Shown here: in pieces, positions 49,268-59,432 of the stretch | Position numbering within the stretch: position 1 is the stretch's first letter | How the letters are laid out: the number at the start of each line of letters is the position of its first letter | Source: Candidatus Aenigmatarchaeota archaeon | Lineage (GTDB): Archaea; Aenigmatarchaeota; Aenigmatarchaeia; CG10238-14; SpSt-28 | Direction: 5' to 3' | Assembly: GCA_032249395.1 (NCBI GenBank) | Contig: JAVVFY010000003.1 | Location: 32,001-96,000, forward strand | Length of the DNA: 64,000 bases | Translations under genes and position numbers: made by a program | Notes under the pieces: model-generated | What the model was told of the DNA's origin: nothing | Database searches by the model: none | What the model saw: only the letters and a program-made list of their open reading frames with translations

Positions 49268-49353
49268 ATTTCTTATTTTCAACTTTTGCATTTTTATTTT
49301 GAATATTTTATAATTTTATATAAAGTCTATCGTATTATTACAATGGTGAAAAT

Positions 49354-49677
49354 ATGCAAGTAGCACGAATAAAGTTGGTTGGAAGAAATCCAAAAAAGCT
49401 AGATGAAATAGCTAGAGAAATAATCGAAATAGCTAAAAAATTTGGAGTTGAGTATAGAGGGCCTATTCCTTTACCAACAAAAATACTAAGAATAACCACT
49501 TTAAAAACTCCATGCGGAGATGGGACGGGTCATGGAAATGCTACATACGATAAATTTGAGATGAGAATACACAAGAGAATAGTAGACGTGCAAGCAGATG
49601 AGAGAACACTAAAACAAATATTAAGAGTTGGTATTCCTCAAGATATTCATGTTGAGATAAAGTTGATAAATCGTTAA
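49354..49677 (+). CDS. rps10: Ribosomal protein uS10
   Basis: GPIPLPTK, KTPCGDG, MRIHKR. Confidence 0.95.
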   Translation: MQVARIKLVGRNPKKLDEIAREIIEIAKKFGVEYRGPIPLPTKILRITTLKTPCGDGTGHGNATYDKFEMRIHKRIVDVQADERTLKQILRVGIPQDIHVEIKLINR

Positions 49678-49709
49678 ATCATTTTATTTTTCTACTTCAA
49701 AACTTAATA

Positions 49710-50309
49710 ATGAAAACATTTATAAAATTTTTTGAAAATGATGAGAAAGAATTTGAAAAAAATTATAAACATTCTGGGTTGACTATAACTGTTTCTGGGT
49801 TGACTTGCTCTGGTAAAACAACTGGCGCGAGGGCAATAGCAGAGTATTTTGGACTAGAATATCATTCTTCAGGTTCAATATTCAGAGAAATTGCAAAGAG
49901 AAAAGGGATACCGCTAGAAGAATTCGTAAAAATAAGAAGCAATGAAATTGACATAGAAGCGGATAGACAAACGTTAAAATTGGCGATAATTGGTAACGTT
50001 GTTTTAGATGGTAGATTAACAGGTTGGGTTGCTGGAAGATGGGCTAATGTTAAGGTATTTTATGATGTCCCATTTGAAATAAGAGTAAAGAGATATGCAG
50101 AAAGAGAAGGAGTTGATGTTAATACGGCAATAAAAAGTGTTAAGGAAATTGATGAAGCTAACGAGAAAAAGTACAAAAGTTTGTATGGTATTGATTTATC
50201 TGACTTATCTATTTATGATATAATTATTGATAACAGCAATTGGAGTTTAGAGGAATCTAAGAAAAAATCTATTGAAATTATAGAAAAGTTTTTGGAGAAA
50301 AGAAAATGA
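49710..50309 (+). CDS. cmk: Cytidylate kinase (archaeal type)
   Basis: ITVSGLTCSGKTT, SSGSIFREIA, VLDGRLTGW, YGIDLSDLSIYDIIID. Confidence 0.88.
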   Translation: MKTFIKFFENDEKEFEKNYKHSGLTITVSGLTCSGKTTGARAIAEYFGLEYHSSGSIFREIAKRKGIPLEEFVKIRSNEIDIEADRQTLKLAIIGNVVLDGRLTGWVAGRWANVKVFYDVPFEIRVKRYAEREGVDVNTAIKSVKEIDEANEKKYKSLYGIDLSDLSIYDIIIDNSNWSLEESKKKSIEIIEKFLEKRK

Positions 50310-51247
50310 AGGTAATACCAATAGCTTTTGATTCTTTTGGAGTAAGAAGTATGGCAACTTTTGTTAAAACTAAAGACGTAAACATTCTAATTGATGGTGC
50401 CGCAGCTTTAGGACCTAACAGATATGGATTAAAACCAACAAATGAAGAGTTTAAAGCGCTAGAAATATGTAAAGATATAATAGTAGAAATTGGAAAAATT
50501 GCCGATATATTAATAGTAACTCATTTCCATTACGACCACCATCCTTACCCATGGGATGAGAATCTATACTCAATATACAAGAACAAAATCATTCTTGCAA
50601 AAGATATTAGCAAAGACATAAATCTCTCGGGAAGGATTAGAGGCAAAATATTTGAAAGTAAAGTTAAAGAAAATTCAAAATTGGAATATGTGGATGGCCG
50701 AAGCTTCGAATTTGGTAACACTATTATTTCATTTTCAAAAGCTGTTTGGCATGGCGATGTAGGAAGCAAAGTGGGAAAAGTTATAATGGTTTATATCGAA
50801 GAAGGCAAGGATTCTTTTTTGTTTGGTAGCGATGCTCAAAGTCTAGCTGATAAAGATGCTCTAGAATTTGTTAAAGAAAAAAATCCGAATTTTTTGATAG
50901 TTGATGGTTATCCAACAATCTTTGTTGGATGGGAAATACAAGAAAAAAATTTTCTAAAAGCTAAAGAAAATTTAAAAGAAGCAATTAGAGAGATCGATGC
51001 TAAAAAAATTATTTTAGACCATCATATAGTTAGAGATTTGCATTATAAGGAAAAAATGAAAGATGTTTATGAACTTGGAGAGCAATTAAAAAAAGAAATA
51101 TTAACAGCTGCAGAATTCCTTAAATTAGATAATTTTTTTCTAGAAGTCTGGAGAAAAGAAATTAAGGAAGGTAAGAGAAAAATAGAAGTAGATAAATATT
51201 TTGAAGAATTAAAAAACAAAATAAGAAAAGAAATAGAAACAGCCTAA
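50306..51247 (+). CDS. Metallo-beta-lactamase-fold hydrolase (UPF0282-like)
   Basis: FDSFGVRSMAT, THFHYDHH, WHG, SDAQ, LDHHIVRD. Confidence 0.85.
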   Translation: MKVIPIAFDSFGVRSMATFVKTKDVNILIDGAAALGPNRYGLKPTNEEFKALEICKDIIVEIGKIADILIVTHFHYDHHPYPWDENLYSIYKNKIILAKDISKDINLSGRIRGKIFESKVKENSKLEYVDGRSFEFGNTIISFSKAVWHGDVGSKVGKVIMVYIEEGKDSFLFGSDAQSLADKDALEFVKEKNPNFLIVDGYPTIFVGWEIQEKNFLKAKENLKEAIREIDAKKIILDHHIVRDLHYKEKMKDVYELGEQLKKEILTAAEFLKLDNFFLEVWRKEIKEGKRKIEVDKYFEELKNKIRKEIETA

Positions 51248-51366
51248 AAACCTTAAGATCTATTCCTTACTCTTTTTCTTCTTTCCTCCACATCCACGTG
51301 CCACATTTACTCACCATTTTTATTTTTCTTTATAAAAATTTAGTTAATCGATTTTTATAGTTTTTA

Positions 51367-52035
51367 ATGATAGATGAGAGTAATATAGAACAAGTAATGA
51401 AAACTATAGAAAAATTTATTAAAGAAAAAACAATGATTAAGAAGTTTGTAGAAGAAAAATTTAATCCATTTCAAATACTTGTTGCCACTATACTTAGCGC
51501 GAGAACAAAAGATGAACTAAGCGAGAAAATATCTAGAAAGATTTTTGAAAAAGTTAAAGAACCTAAAGATTTATTAAAGTTTAGTGAAGATGAACTAGCA
51601 AAAGAAATTTACCCAGTTGGCTTTTATAGAATTAAAGCTAAAAATCTTTTAAAACTTGCAAAAATTATTATAGAAAAGTATAACGGTAAAGTTCCAGAAA
51701 AAATGGAAGGGCTTCTAGAGTTGCCTGGAGTAGGAAGAAAAACTGCAAACATAGTGCTTTCATATGTTTTTAACAAACCGGCTATAGCAGTTGATACTCA
51801 TGTACATAGAATATTTAATAGATGGAATTTTGTGAAAACAAAAAATCCTGAAGAAACTGAAACTGAATTAAGAAAAAAATTGCCAAAAAAACTCTGGAAA
51901 AAAGTCAATAATTTACTTGTTAATTTTGGAAAAACTATATGTAAGCCAATTAAACCGCTATGCAACAAATGTCCGATAAATAGAATTTGTCCCTATCCTC
52001 AAAAAGTAAAAATAAGATTTGTTCATGAAAAATAA
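51367..52035 (+). CDS. nth: Endonuclease III
   Basis: LVATILSA, Hh[19 protein letters not shown]-x6-C-x2-C-x5-C Fe-S motif. Confidence 0.95.
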   Translation: MIDESNIEQVMKTIEKFIKEKTMIKKFVEEKFNPFQILVATILSARTKDELSEKISRKIFEKVKEPKDLLKFSEDELAKEIYPVGFYRIKAKNLLKLAKIIIEKYNGKVPEKMEGLLELPGVGRKTANIVLSYVFNKPAIAVDTHVHRIFNRWNFVKTKNPEETETELRKKLPKKLWKKVNNLLVNFGKTICKPIKPLCNKCPINRICPYPQKVKIRFVHEK

Positions 52036-52043
52036 TTAGTTTT

Positions 52044-54491
52044 ATGAGAGAGAAGATTTTTCTTATTGACGTTGATTATGATGTAGAAAATGATAAAGGA
52101 ATCATTTTTCTATTTGGAAAAAATAAAGAAGGCAAAAGAGTTTTGGTAAGAAAAGAGTTTTATACTTATTTCTTTGCAATGCCAAAAAAAGGAAAAGAAG
52201 AAATACTAAAGCAAAAAATTGAAAATTTGAAAAATCTGCCAACAAGAATCCTTTCTGTTGATATAGTCTCAAAAAACTGGATGGGGGAAGAAAGAAAATT
52301 AATAAAAATAACTATACAAAACCCAAGAAAATTAAAAGATGTTAGAGATGCAATAAAAGAATGGGAAGAGGTTGAAGAAACATACGAATACAATATTTCA
52401 TTTTATAAGAGGTTTTTAATGGATTATAGAATAAAACCTTGTAGCTGGATAGAAGTAGAAGGAGAAAAAGTAGAAAATAAGTTTGATGTTGATACGACAA
52501 TAGAAGCGAAGGAAATAAGACAATTAGAAGATTATGATGAACCAACACTTAAAGTTATTGCAATAGATACTGAATGGGTCGAAGTTGAAAATAAAGAAAA
52601 ACTTATAATGATAAGTATTGCTTCGGAAAATTTGAGAAAAGTCCTAGCTTTATCAGACTGGCAACAAAAACAAGATTTCGTTGAAAGCTGTGCAAGCGAG
52701 GAAAAATTAATTAGGAGATTTATAGATATAATAAAAGAAGAAAAGCCAGATATAATAGTAACTTACAATGGGGATGGATTCGATTTCTTAAAATTGAGAG
52801 AAAAGGCAAAACAACTTAAAATAAAGTTTAGTTTTGGAATAGATAATAAGGAACTCGAATTTGTCAGAAGAGGAAGAGTTTCCGCCGCAAGATGTTTTGG
52901 TGTTGTTCACATAGATGAGTATGTTTTTATTGATAAGATACTTTCTGCTAGCTTAAAAAGTGAAGTTCTAACTTTAGATGAAGTTGCAAGCGAGTTAATT
53001 GGAGAGGGTAAAAAAGACCTAGAATACAAACAAATGGTTGAATTTTGGAGGGAAAGAAAAGAACTAAATAAAATAGCAGAGTATAGCATGTGGGATGCTA
53101 ATTTAACTTATTTGTTAAGTAAGATATTATTGCCTCAAATATTTTCTATTTCTAAACTAACTGGAGAGATTCCTTTTGATGCTTCTAGATATAGTTACTC
53201 TCAACTTGTTGAAGCTTATTTGATGAGAAAGGCTGTTGAAGATAATGTACTAATACCAAACTCTCCGAAGAGTGAAGAAAGAGAAGTTAGAATGATTGAA
53301 CTACCATATAAAGGTGCTATAGTAGTTGAACCGAAGAAAGGAATCCATGAAAATATTGCAGTGATGGATTTCAAATCGCTTTATCCAACTATTATAGTAT
53401 CTCACTCGATTTCTCCAGAATTGTTAAATTGTAATCATGAAGAATGCAAAGAAAAAAATAGCGTGCCGGAAACAAAAAATCACTTCTGTATAAAGAAGGT
53501 TGGATTTATCCCAAAACATTTAAAATTCTTGATTGATAGAAGAAAAGAACTAAAAGAAAAGATGAAAAAAGTTCCTAAGGATTCTCCGGAATATAAAATT
53601 TTAGATAACGAGCAATATGCAACAAAAATAATTAGCAATGCTATGTATGGATATTTTGGTTTTGTTGGAGCAAGATGGTATAAGAGAGAGTGTGGAGAGG
53701 CAACTGCAGCGTGGGGAAGATTTTATATTAGAAAAATAATGCAAATGGCTGAAAGTTTCGGATTTGAAATCATTTATGGAGATACTGATAGCATATTTGT
53801 TAGAAAGGAAGGTCTGTACTTAAAAGAATTGGAAGAAGAAGCTAAAAGTTTTGTAGAAAAGGTTAATGAAGAGCTGCCTGGAATAATAGAGTTAGAGTTT
53901 AGAGGAGTTTATATAAGAGGAATTTTTGTTGCAAGAGAAAAAGGCGAAACTGGAGCTAAGAAAAGATACGCATTATTGGATATTAACGGAAATCTTGAAA
54001 TAAGAGGTTTCGAAACAGTAAGAAGAGATTGGTGCAAATTAGCAAAGGAAACACAAAGGAAAGTTTTGGAGATTATTCTAAAAGAGAAGAATCCGGAAAA
54101 AGCAATTAAATTTGTTAATGATACTATAAAAAGAATTAAGGAAGGAAAAGTTGATATCGAAGAATTAACCATATACGAACAAATAACTAAACCTTTAAGT
54201 CAGTATGAACAAATTGGTCCACATGTTAAAGCGGCTATGAAAGCAATAGAAAGAGGAAGAATTATTACTGAAGGATCAATAATAGCTTTTGTGATAACAA
54301 AAGGTATTGGAAGTATTTCTGATAGAGCAATGCCCGTAGAATTCGTTACAGAAAAAGATTATGATCCCGAGTATTACATACAGCATCAAATACTACCAGC
54401 TGCTCTGAGGGTGCTTAAAGCTTTAGGATACACTGAACAAGATGTATTGAAACATAAAACAGTTGGATTGGAAGCATGGTTTAAAAAATAA
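52044..54491 (+). CDS. polB: Family B DNA polymerase
   Basis: ExoI DTE, ExoII YNGDGFDF, DFKSLYPTII, KIISNAMYGY, YGDTDS, KKRYA, C-terminal PIP-like GLEAWF. Confidence 0.96.
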   Translation: MREKIFLIDVDYDVENDKGIIFLFGKNKEGKRVLVRKEFYTYFFAMPKKGKEEILKQKIENLKNLPTRILSVDIVSKNWMGEERKLIKITIQNPRKLKDVRDAIKEWEEVEETYEYNISFYKRFLMDYRIKPCSWIEVEGEKVENKFDVDTTIEAKEIRQLEDYDEPTLKVIAIDTEWVEVENKEKLIMISIASENLRKVLALSDWQQKQDFVESCASEEKLIRRFIDIIKEEKPDIIVTYNGDGFDFLKLREKAKQLKIKFSFGIDNKELEFVRRGRVSAARCFGVVHIDEYVFIDKILSASLKSEVLTLDEVASELIGEGKKDLEYKQMVEFWRERKELNKIAEYSMWDANLTYLLSKILLPQIFSISKLTGEIPFDASRYSYSQLVEAYLMRKAVEDNVLIPNSPKSEEREVRMIELPYKGAIVVEPKKGIHENIAVMDFKSLYPTIIVSHSISPELLNCNHEECKEKNSVPETKNHFCIKKVGFIPKHLKFLIDRRKELKEKMKKVPKDSPEYKILDNEQYATKIISNAMYGYFGFVGARWYKRECGEATAAWGRFYIRKIMQMAESFGFEIIYGDTDSIFVRKEGLYLKELEEEAKSFVEKVNEELPGIIELEFRGVYIRGIFVAREKGETGAKKRYALLDINGNLEIRGFETVRRDWCKLAKETQRKVLEIILKEKNPEKAIKFVNDTIKRIKEGKVDIEELTIYEQITKPLSQYEQIGPHVKAAMKAIERGRIITEGSIIAFVITKGIGSISDRAMPVEFVTEKDYDPEYYIQHQILPAALRVLKALGYTEQDVLKHKTVGLEAWFKK

Positions 54492-54496
54492 AAAAA

Positions 54497-55912
54497 TTAG
54501 TAGGTTTTTCCAACCAATGTTAATTTATCTGTATTCTGCTTACAAACTATGCAAAAGCCGATTTTTCTTTCATCATACAAAAATCCTATTGGCTCTATAG
54601 AAGGTCCTACTTCCTTAATCTTATCAAAACATTCTTTACTTCCACACCAGTTAACTTTTGCAACATTTCCTTTTTCTATCCATTCTTTGACGCTTTCAAT
54701 ACTATCAAAATACTTTATCTTTTGCTGATATAGTATCTCTACTTTCCTATACAAACTTTTTGGTATCTCTTCTTTCAACAAAACACTTACAACTTTCTCA
54801 ATTTCTTGTTTATTAACTTCCATTCTTTCCTTAGTATCTCTTCTATAAACAGTATATATGCCTTTTTCGACTTCTTTTTCTCCAATTTCTATCCTTATAG
54901 GAACTCCTTTAATATCCCAAATATTAAACTTTTCTCCAGGAGTCTTCTCACTTTTATCTATAAAAGTTACAACTCCGAAACTTTCAAGCCTTTTCTTCAA
55001 CTCTTCTGCTTCTTCTAAATAGTACTTACCTTCTTTTGGAATCGTAATTATAACTACTTGAATAGGAGCTATTTTTGGTGGTAATACTAATCCTCTTTCA
55101 TCACCATGTAAAGAAAAAGCTGCTACTAAAAACCTTGCCCCATTTCCAGTACAAACTTGCCAAACATATTGCTTATTTCCTTCTTCATCAACGTAAAACA
55201 AATCAAACTTTTTTGCATAAGCTTGACCTAAATTATTTACACTTCCATTCTCTAACAACCTACCATTTGGTAAAATCACGTAAAATTCATAAGCAGACTC
55301 TGCTCCAGGAAATATTTCATACTTAGGTTTTTCTACGCATATTGGCGGAATATTTAAAACTTCCTTCCATATGTACTCATAAATTTTTCTGTGTTTTTCC
55401 ATTTCTTCGTTTGCTTCTTCTTTTGTTTTATGAGCTGTATGGATTTCGTGCCAAAATGTGATTTCTCTGTCTCTTATCATTGTGTGTGTCGTCTTTCCTT
55501 CGTTTCTAAATGAGGAAACAGTTTGATAAACTCTTATTGGTAGTTTTCCTTCCATTATCCAATATTTAAAAATGGGATACATTGCTGGTTCGCCTGTAGG
55601 TCTTAGGATCGCATTCTCTCCTTCGACATAAAAAGCATCGGTTTTAAATCCTTCGAACCACTCTTCATTTATTCTCGCAAACTCTAACGGAACGAACAAA
55701 GGAAAGTAAACCTGTTGTATTCCATTCTCTTCAAAAATTTTATCCCAAATTTCTGTTAATCTCTTCATTATTTTAAAACCATATGGCAACCAAACAAAAG
55801 TTCCCTTTACCGGATACCTTCTGTCTGCAATTTCGGCTAACTGAAGCAAAGAATTATACCATTCTATAAAATTATCTTTTGAAGGAAGTCTCTCCGGCTT
55901 GATTTCCTCCAT
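54497..55912 (-). CDS. proS: Prolyl-tRNA synthetase (archaeal/eukaryotic type)
   Basis: RYPVKG, LRPTGE, FRNE, NLGQAYAKKF, GLVLPPKIAPIQVV, KGVPIRIEIG, C-terminal Zn module ending GKTY. Confidence 0.93.
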   Translation of the reverse strand: MEEIKPERLPSKDNFIEWYNSLLQLAEIADRRYPVKGTFVWLPYGFKIMKRLTEIWDKIFEENGIQQVYFPLFVPLEFARINEEWFEGFKTDAFYVEGENAILRPTGEPAMYPIFKYWIMEGKLPIRVYQTVSSFRNEGKTTHTMIRDREITFWHEIHTAHKTKEEANEEMEKHRKIYEYIWKEVLNIPPICVEKPKYEIFPGAESAYEFYVILPNGRLLENGSVNNLGQAYAKKFDLFYVDEEGNKQYVWQVCTGNGARFLVAAFSLHGDERGLVLPPKIAPIQVVIITIPKEGKYYLEEAEELKKRLESFGVVTFIDKSEKTPGEKFNIWDIKGVPIRIEIGEKEVEKGIYTVYRRDTKERMEVNKQEIEKVVSVLLKEEIPKSLYRKVEILYQQKIKYFDSIESVKEWIEKGNVAKVNWCGSKECFDKIKEVGPSIEPIGFLYDERKIGFCIVCKQNTDKLTLVGKTY

Positions 55913-55974
55913 TAAATTTATTTAACATTAATATTTAAACCGAAAGTTCTTATTTTTTATTATCAATTTAAAAG

Positions 55975-57030
55975 ATGGAATTGAATAACCTTTGGTATGT
56001 TATAAGTTTTTTTGGAGAGGTAGCTTATTGGATGGGTTTTGCATCAGCTTTTATTATTATATATCCATTTCTAGAAAAAAGAAGCAAAAGAAAACAAAGA
56101 TGGATACTTTATTATTTATTGCCTGCTATTGTTCTTTCGTCTTTGTCTTCTTTTTTCCTAAAGTTAATATTTAAAATTCCAAGAATATGTGAAGGACTAG
56201 AATATTGTCCTGAAACATACTCATTCCCTTCTGGCCATTCTACAGTAGCATTCTCTTTATTTACTATATCTTTGCTACATTTTAAAGATATAAAGATTTA
56301 TTTGCCTTTATTTTTTCTAGCAATACTAGTTAGTTACTCAAGACTTGCTCTAAAAGTTCATACTTTAAGCGATGTAGTTGGGGGAGCTTTAGTTGGAATT
56401 TTAGTTTCTTCTTTTTGGTATTATTTCTTTAGAAGAATCGAAAATAGAAAGAATGGAGCTAGTTTTTACTTCAGAAAACTAATTCACCTATTAGGAATTG
56501 CGGTAATTTTCTTGAGATTAACAGTAGAAACAAAATACATCTCTCCTCTATTGTTTTCTCTAACTTTATTATTTTTCGTTTCGGAATTGCTTAGATTAAG
56601 AAAAATGAAACTCCCTATATTCTACGAAATATCAGAATTTTGCAAGAAAAAAGAAGAAAGAGGATTTTTGGTACAACCATTATTTTTCGCTCTTTCCCTA
56701 TTCATTTTACTACACTTCCCTTTAGATTTCTTTATAGTTGGTAGTGTGCCACTAGTTATAGGTGATGGTTTAGCAGGATTAATTGGTTATAGATTTGGTT
56801 CTCATAAACTTTTCTACAATAAGAATAAATCTATAGAGGGAAGCATAGCATTCTTTATCTCAACACTTATTAGCTTTCTTCTATTTTTTGATGTTAAAAT
56901 TTCTTTTATATTGGCGCTATTTTCAACGATACTGGAAATCATTATAAAAAAATATGAAAACCTTATATTGCCATTTGGTTGTGTTTTGTTTTATTTTGTT
57001 TTGTCAAAAACAATAATAAATATTTTCTAG
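55975..57030 (+). CDS. PAP2-family phosphatase fused to a CTP-dependent dolichol/phytol-kinase-like domain
   Basis: N-half: KLIFKIPR, SFPSGHS, SRLALKVHTLSDV. C-half: RKLIH, GDGLAGLIGYRFG, NKNKSIEGS, ENLILP. Confidence 0.8.
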   Translation: MELNNLWYVISFFGEVAYWMGFASAFIIIYPFLEKRSKRKQRWILYYLLPAIVLSSLSSFFLKLIFKIPRICEGLEYCPETYSFPSGHSTVAFSLFTISLLHFKDIKIYLPLFFLAILVSYSRLALKVHTLSDVVGGALVGILVSSFWYYFFRRIENRKNGASFYFRKLIHLLGIAVIFLRLTVETKYISPLLFSLTLLFFVSELLRLRKMKLPIFYEISEFCKKKEERGFLVQPLFFALSLFILLHFPLDFFIVGSVPLVIGDGLAGLIGYRFGSHKLFYNKNKSIEGSIAFFISTLISFLLFFDVKISFILALFSTILEIIIKKYENLILPFGCVLFYFVLSKTIINIF

Positions 57031-57043
57031 GTAAGAAAGATTA

Positions 57044-58318
57044 ATGAGAATTTATTCCAACCAACTAAAGGAGAATGAAGGCAAAAAGGTTTTATTAAAA
57101 GGTTGGGTTCACGATTTTAGGCTTATTGGCAAATTAAATTTCATAATATTGAGAGATTATGGTGGATTAGCTCAAATAGTTTTGAAAGAAGAAAAATTTA
57201 AAGAGATAGCTAAAAGTTTGCATTTAGAAGATGTAATAGAGGTTGAAGGAACAGTAAAAAAATCTAGATCAGAGAAATTTGAGTTTGAGGTTGAAGCAGA
57301 AAGAATAAACATAATAAATAGATCTGAGCCTCAATTACCTTTAGACCCAAGAGAAGTAACAAAAACTAATTTGGAAACAAGGCTAGACTGGAGATTTCTA
57401 TATTTCAGAACTCAAGAAGGAAGAGCAATTTTTAAGATCCAAACTGAAATATTAAAATCCTTTAGGGAACATTTCTTGAAAAAGGGATTTATAGAAATGC
57501 AGCCTCCTATAATAATTGCCTCAGCTAGTGAAGGTGGTGCTGAGCTTTTTGAATTACCGTACTTCGAGAAAAAAGCATATCTTGCCCAGTCTCCTCAATT
57601 ATACAAGCAAATGGGTGCTATATCATTCGAAAAGGTTTTCATGATAGTTCCAGTTTTTAGAGCAGAAAAGTTCGATCAACCAACCCACTTGAATGAAATA
57701 AGACAAATGGATATAGAAATGGCTTTTGCTGATGATGAAGCAGTGATAAAAGAGTTGGAAGAAGTTTTCGTTTATATTTTAAAAAGTGTTAAAGAAAATT
57801 GCAAAGAGGAACTTAAAATTTTAAATCAAGAGCTTAAAATTCCTGAATTGCCATTAAAAAGAGTGAAATATGAAGAGGCAATAGATGCTCTTAGAAAAAT
57901 GGGAGAAAAAATAGAGTTTGGAGAAGATTTTTCTAAGTCGCAAGAAAAGAAACTAGCTGAAGTTTTTGGAGAAGCCTTTATACTAAAAGATTGGCCGGAA
58001 GAGCTAAAGCCATTTTATGCTATGCCAAAAGAAGATAACCCTAAAATAGTTAAGGCTTTTGATTTAATATATAAAGGTTTGGAAATATCCTCTGGAACGC
58101 AAAGAATACATTTATCGAATGTTTTAGAAGAAAGAATAAGAAAAAAAGGATTGAACCCTAAAGATTTCGAGTATTACATAAACGCTTTTAAGTATGGTGC
58201 TCCTCCGCATGCTGGCTGGAGCATTGGATTAGAAAGATTAACGATGAAAATTTGTGGTAAAGAAAACATACAAGAAGTAACTATGTTCCCAAGAACAAGA
58301 ACTAGAATATATCCATGA
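57044..58318 (+). CDS. aspS: Aspartyl-tRNA synthetase (archaeal, probably non-discriminating)
   Basis: GWVH, FIILRD, SEGGAELF, LAQSPQLYKQ, FRAE, EISSGTQR, PPHAGWSIGLERL, MFPR. Confidence 0.93.
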   Translation: MRIYSNQLKENEGKKVLLKGWVHDFRLIGKLNFIILRDYGGLAQIVLKEEKFKEIAKSLHLEDVIEVEGTVKKSRSEKFEFEVEAERINIINRSEPQLPLDPREVTKTNLETRLDWRFLYFRTQEGRAIFKIQTEILKSFREHFLKKGFIEMQPPIIIASASEGGAELFELPYFEKKAYLAQSPQLYKQMGAISFEKVFMIVPVFRAEKFDQPTHLNEIRQMDIEMAFADDEAVIKELEEVFVYILKSVKENCKEELKILNQELKIPELPLKRVKYEEAIDALRKMGEKIEFGEDFSKSQEKKLAEVFGEAFILKDWPEELKPFYAMPKEDNPKIVKAFDLIYKGLEISSGTQRIHLSNVLEERIRKKGLNPKDFEYYINAFKYGAPPHAGWSIGLERLTMKICGKENIQEVTMFPRTRTRIYP

Positions 58319-58333
58319 AATTAAATTTTAATA

Positions 58334-59101
58334 ATGATTGAGAAAAATGGAAAATTTGTTAGAATTTTGGAATGCGATAAACTATTTGTTGTTGGAGATA
58401 TTCATGGTGATTTAGAGGTTTTTGAAAAAATAAAAAATGTTTTTAAGAAAGAATTAGAGAAAGATTCAAAAGTATGTTTAGTTTTCCTTGGAGATTATGC
58501 CGATAGAGGAGACTTTGGCTTAGAAGTTATAGAAGGATTAAAAGAGTTAATAAGAGAATATAGGGAAAATGTAATAGCGTTAAAAGGGAATCATGAAGAT
58601 TATGATGATGAAGGTAACCCAAACTTTAGACCTTGTGATTTAAAGTATGAAGTGGTTAGTAAAAGAGGGGTTTGGTATGATTACTTTAAAGAGCAACTAC
58701 AACCATTCTTCAATTCTTTGTTTATTGCAGCAAAATACAATTCCTTTTTGTTTGTTCATGGTGGTATATCATCTAAAATAAAAAGTGAAGAAAGCTTAGC
58801 ATATCCTGATAAAAAAATTGAAGAAGATGTACTATGGAGCGATCCTTTTGAAGGTTATGGAGAATATCCTAATCCAAGAGGTGCTGGAGTTTTATTTGGA
58901 AAAGATATTACAGATAAGGTTTTGAATTCCTTATCAGTTGATAAATTAATAAGAAGCCATCAACCTCAAAAGGCAATGGATGGTATTTATGAGGAGCATG
59001 ATGGCAAAGTTTTAACAATTAATTCAACTCGCGTTTATGGTGGTAAGCCTATAATTTTAGAAATCTCCAATGATAAAATAAAAGCTAAACGTATTTTATG
59101 A
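58334..59101 (+). CDS. PPP-family Ser/Thr protein phosphatase
   Basis: GDIHG, GDYADRG, GNHE, HGG, LWSDP, RGAG, RSHQ. Confidence 0.9.
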   Translation: MIEKNGKFVRILECDKLFVVGDIHGDLEVFEKIKNVFKKELEKDSKVCLVFLGDYADRGDFGLEVIEGLKELIREYRENVIALKGNHEDYDDEGNPNFRPCDLKYEVVSKRGVWYDYFKEQLQPFFNSLFIAAKYNSFLFVHGGISSKIKSEESLAYPDKKIEEDVLWSDPFEGYGEYPNPRGAGVLFGKDITDKVLNSLSVDKLIRSHQPQKAMDGIYEEHDGKVLTINSTRVYGGKPIILEISNDKIKAKRIL

Positions 59102-59360
59102 ATCCTACCCTTTCAAATTCTTCTAATATTGGCTTAAGTCCTCTAATAACATCTTCAGCATTCATTTGAAGCTCTTCTGATAAAATTCTAGCAATTTCTG
59201 AAACGCTTCTCCTTCCATCACACAACTTTAAAATTTCAAAAGCCCATTTCTCTATTCTCCAATATTGCTCTCCATCAAAAGTTGCATATAGGCTTCCGAT
59301 ATGTTCAATTATTTTCAAATTTTCGGCTTTCTTAGGTCTTTTCAATGCCCATTCTTCCAT
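59085..59360 (-). CDS. PqqD-like winged-helix protein
   Basis: AFEILKLCDGRRSVSEIA...LEEFERVGFI. Confidence 0.7.
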   Translation of the reverse strand: MEEWALKRPKKAENLKIIEHIGSLYATFDGEQYWRIEKWAFEILKLCDGRRSVSEIARILSEELQMNAEDVIRGLKPILEEFERVGFIKYV

Positions 59361-59432
59361 CTTAGATTTTAGAAACTAGCAATATATAGCAATTTTTAAA
59401 ACGAAAGCTATTTAAAAAAACAATATTATTTT

